64,000 bases of DNA, from the NCBI GenBank assembly GCA_000182565.2, contig KQ257453.1. One strand, given 5' to 3'. Positions 62,485 to 64,000 of this stretch are shown here, in pieces. This DNA comes from Spizellomyces punctatus DAOM BR117 (lineage: Eukaryota). Numbering within the stretch: position 1 is the first letter of the stretch; each line of letters begins with the position of its first letter. The notes under the pieces are model-generated. The model saw only the letters and a program-made list of their open reading frames with translations. It was not told the DNA's origin and did no database searches. Both the position numbers and the translations under genes were made by a program.

Positions 62485-62926
62485 TCAGTTGGTTGGTTTG
62501 GAGGCTTTACGGGTGCGCGTAGGCTTGTGGGTCGCCTTGTGCGTAGGTTTGTGTGTCGCCTTGTGCGTAGGCTTGTGCGTCGCCTTGTGCGTAGGCTTGC
62601 GGGAACGAGTGGCGGTCGGCTTCAGACTCTTGGTTACGTTACAGAATGCCGCATATTGAGGTACATTGGCACAGGGTTCTTGACAAGTGTTTTGGACAGT
62701 CCAGTTTCCTATGCAACAAGCAAAAGTTAGTCCGCGCCGAAATGGAGTTTTGTACACGCGAGAAATACATACCTGTAGCGGCATTGCATTGAAGAAAGTC
62801 CTTGCCTTTGCACGCGTAGGTATCTTTGCTTGGAGTGCATTTACCGCCAGCCTTGACCGCGTTGCTACCGGAGATCAAGAGAGCAATTGCCGCAAGGGCG
62901 ACCAAAAGAGTAGTGAAGGCGTGCAT
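62485..62926 (-). CDS. Small secreted Cys-rich protein with a (KPTH-KATH)n tail, one intron
   Basis: Signal peptide MHAFTTLLVALAAIALLISGSNA; six Cys (CTPS..YACK..FLQC..|GNWTVQNTCQEPC..FC); repeat tail. Confidence 0.8.
62518..62599. repeat. Coding tandem repeat (24-bp unit built from 12-bp subunits)
   Basis: Repeats of GCGTAGGCTTGT / GCGTCGCCTTGT encode KPTH/KATH on the minus strand. Confidence 0.9.
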
Positions 62927-63554
62927 AATGTCTTTTCAATAACACGAATTTGATAGAGGAGATTTGGCGTGCAAGACGAGAGAAAACCTGTTTGGTGACG
63001 AGGGGGAGCTGAGAGGAGTCGTCCTTTTATGCACCGAGCGAGGAAACCCAAGAGAGAAGCAGGTTCTTCTTTTCAGAACAATCCATCCCACAGCCATCCA
63101 TTGAGAGAAATCCTTTTGGAGAAAAACAGCTGTTCTTCTTGGCATTTCGTGCTTCGATATGACGCGCGCATAGGTAAGGAACGTGTTTTCGAACGTTCTC
63201 CACCAAATGTAAGTATTATGAAGAACAAGAATATTCGATGGGGATAAGACGTTGTGACCGCGCGATGGAGGAACTCCAAATGATATGCGAATAGGCGCGG
63301 AAAGAACGCTTACCTAAATTCAAAGTCCGCAAGACCGGCTTAGCATGCGCGCGCGCGTGTTAAGATTGGAATTAGATAATGAAGACGAATGATTCAACGT
63401 AATTTTGGGACGCCAATTCTAACCCTAAGGTATTATGACATATGGACATGATCTGAGCTCAAAATCCGTAAAGGGCTCTGCTAATGACAAAAACATTGCA
63501 AAAGCAGGGAGGTGTAAGCATCCCAATTGACTTGTTTGATGCTCTTGTCTCTTG

Positions 63555-63751
63555 CCGTCGTCCACGAGATTGCGTGTGTATGGTTTTGAGGGATCAAAGT
63601 GTGCGTATGGCGCATAGTCATCTGGAGAGGGTGCGTAAGACTGGAGAAGGCGGGAGATGGCGGGGAGGGAAAAGTCTGAGCTAGTTATTTCTCTGTGGAG
63701 AGTTTGTATGAGTGTGTCAAGATCTTTGGGTATGGGGAGTGGGCTAGTCAA
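63555..63751 (-). pseudogene. CDO1: Truncated cysteine dioxygenase N-terminal fragment
   Basis: PKDLDTLIQTLH..ISRLLQSY..DDYAPYAHFDPSKPYTRNLVDDG matches the CDO N-terminus. An in-frame TGA precedes it, and no downstream NGKFNL/H-x-H exon was found before the next gene. Confidence 0.6.
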
Positions 63752-64000
63752 TCAGAGTGTGGGTAAGTTCCCTGTTAATGCCGGCTTTCTATATTGTCAA
63801 TGGGGGTTCGTCACAAAAAGAGATATCAGTTTGTTTTCCCTGTGGACTCTCAATGTCTTCAAGCGTGTCAGCGCTTGGAGACATTGAAAGCAGTGGATCA
63901 TCAGGGAAAAACAAATCTGTGCGTTCCCCTGCCGCTTTCCAAAGTTGAGCTTTTGCTAACTCAAATCGAATTAGCCCCATCATTCCGTGCAGGTTGACTA

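Noticed and set aside
63419-63428. CTAACCCTAA telomerase-template-like 10-mer
   Set aside because: A single short match with appreciable chance probability and no supporting pseudoknot; it may be a telobox.

Overview
Gene-dense, intron-rich eukaryotic DNA with mostly short GT-AG introns (about 50-110 nt). The gene set includes fungal-type chorismate mutase, a Gti1/Pac2 (WOPR) factor and a tetraspanin, together with SMU1, a Ral-type GTPase and an EED-like WD40 protein. This points to an early-diverging fungus, probably a chytrid (inference). About 30 protein genes are recognisable: ARO7, PRP19, an RGG/QYP protein with an MPLKIP-like motif, a STIMATE-like protein, an RRM-WD40 protein, an ankyrin-RasGEF, a CaaX coiled-coil protein, HSP90, EMC6, proteasome alpha7, SMU1, GluRS, EED-like, GPI8, bL32m, tetraspanin, SmD1, SRP14, a Myb-like protein, G-alpha, TTC33-like, WOPR, an MSP protein, nitrate reductase, a WW protein, RLI1, Ral, a degenerate kinesin, a secreted Cys-rich protein and a truncated CDO. 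There are also three identical tRNA-Ala(CGC) genes. The most notable observations are: a GluRS with no N-terminal GST domain but a fused Arc1/EMAPII-like tRNA-binding domain; a pseudo-kinesin; a stand-alone nitrate reductase with six GATAA sites and a NirA/NIT4-type site upstream; a GPI8 start codon split by an intron; and three strongly structured non-coding segments that could be unannotated RNAs. No CRISPR array, prophage or intact transposon is visible. Exon boundaries were read by eye and are approximate.
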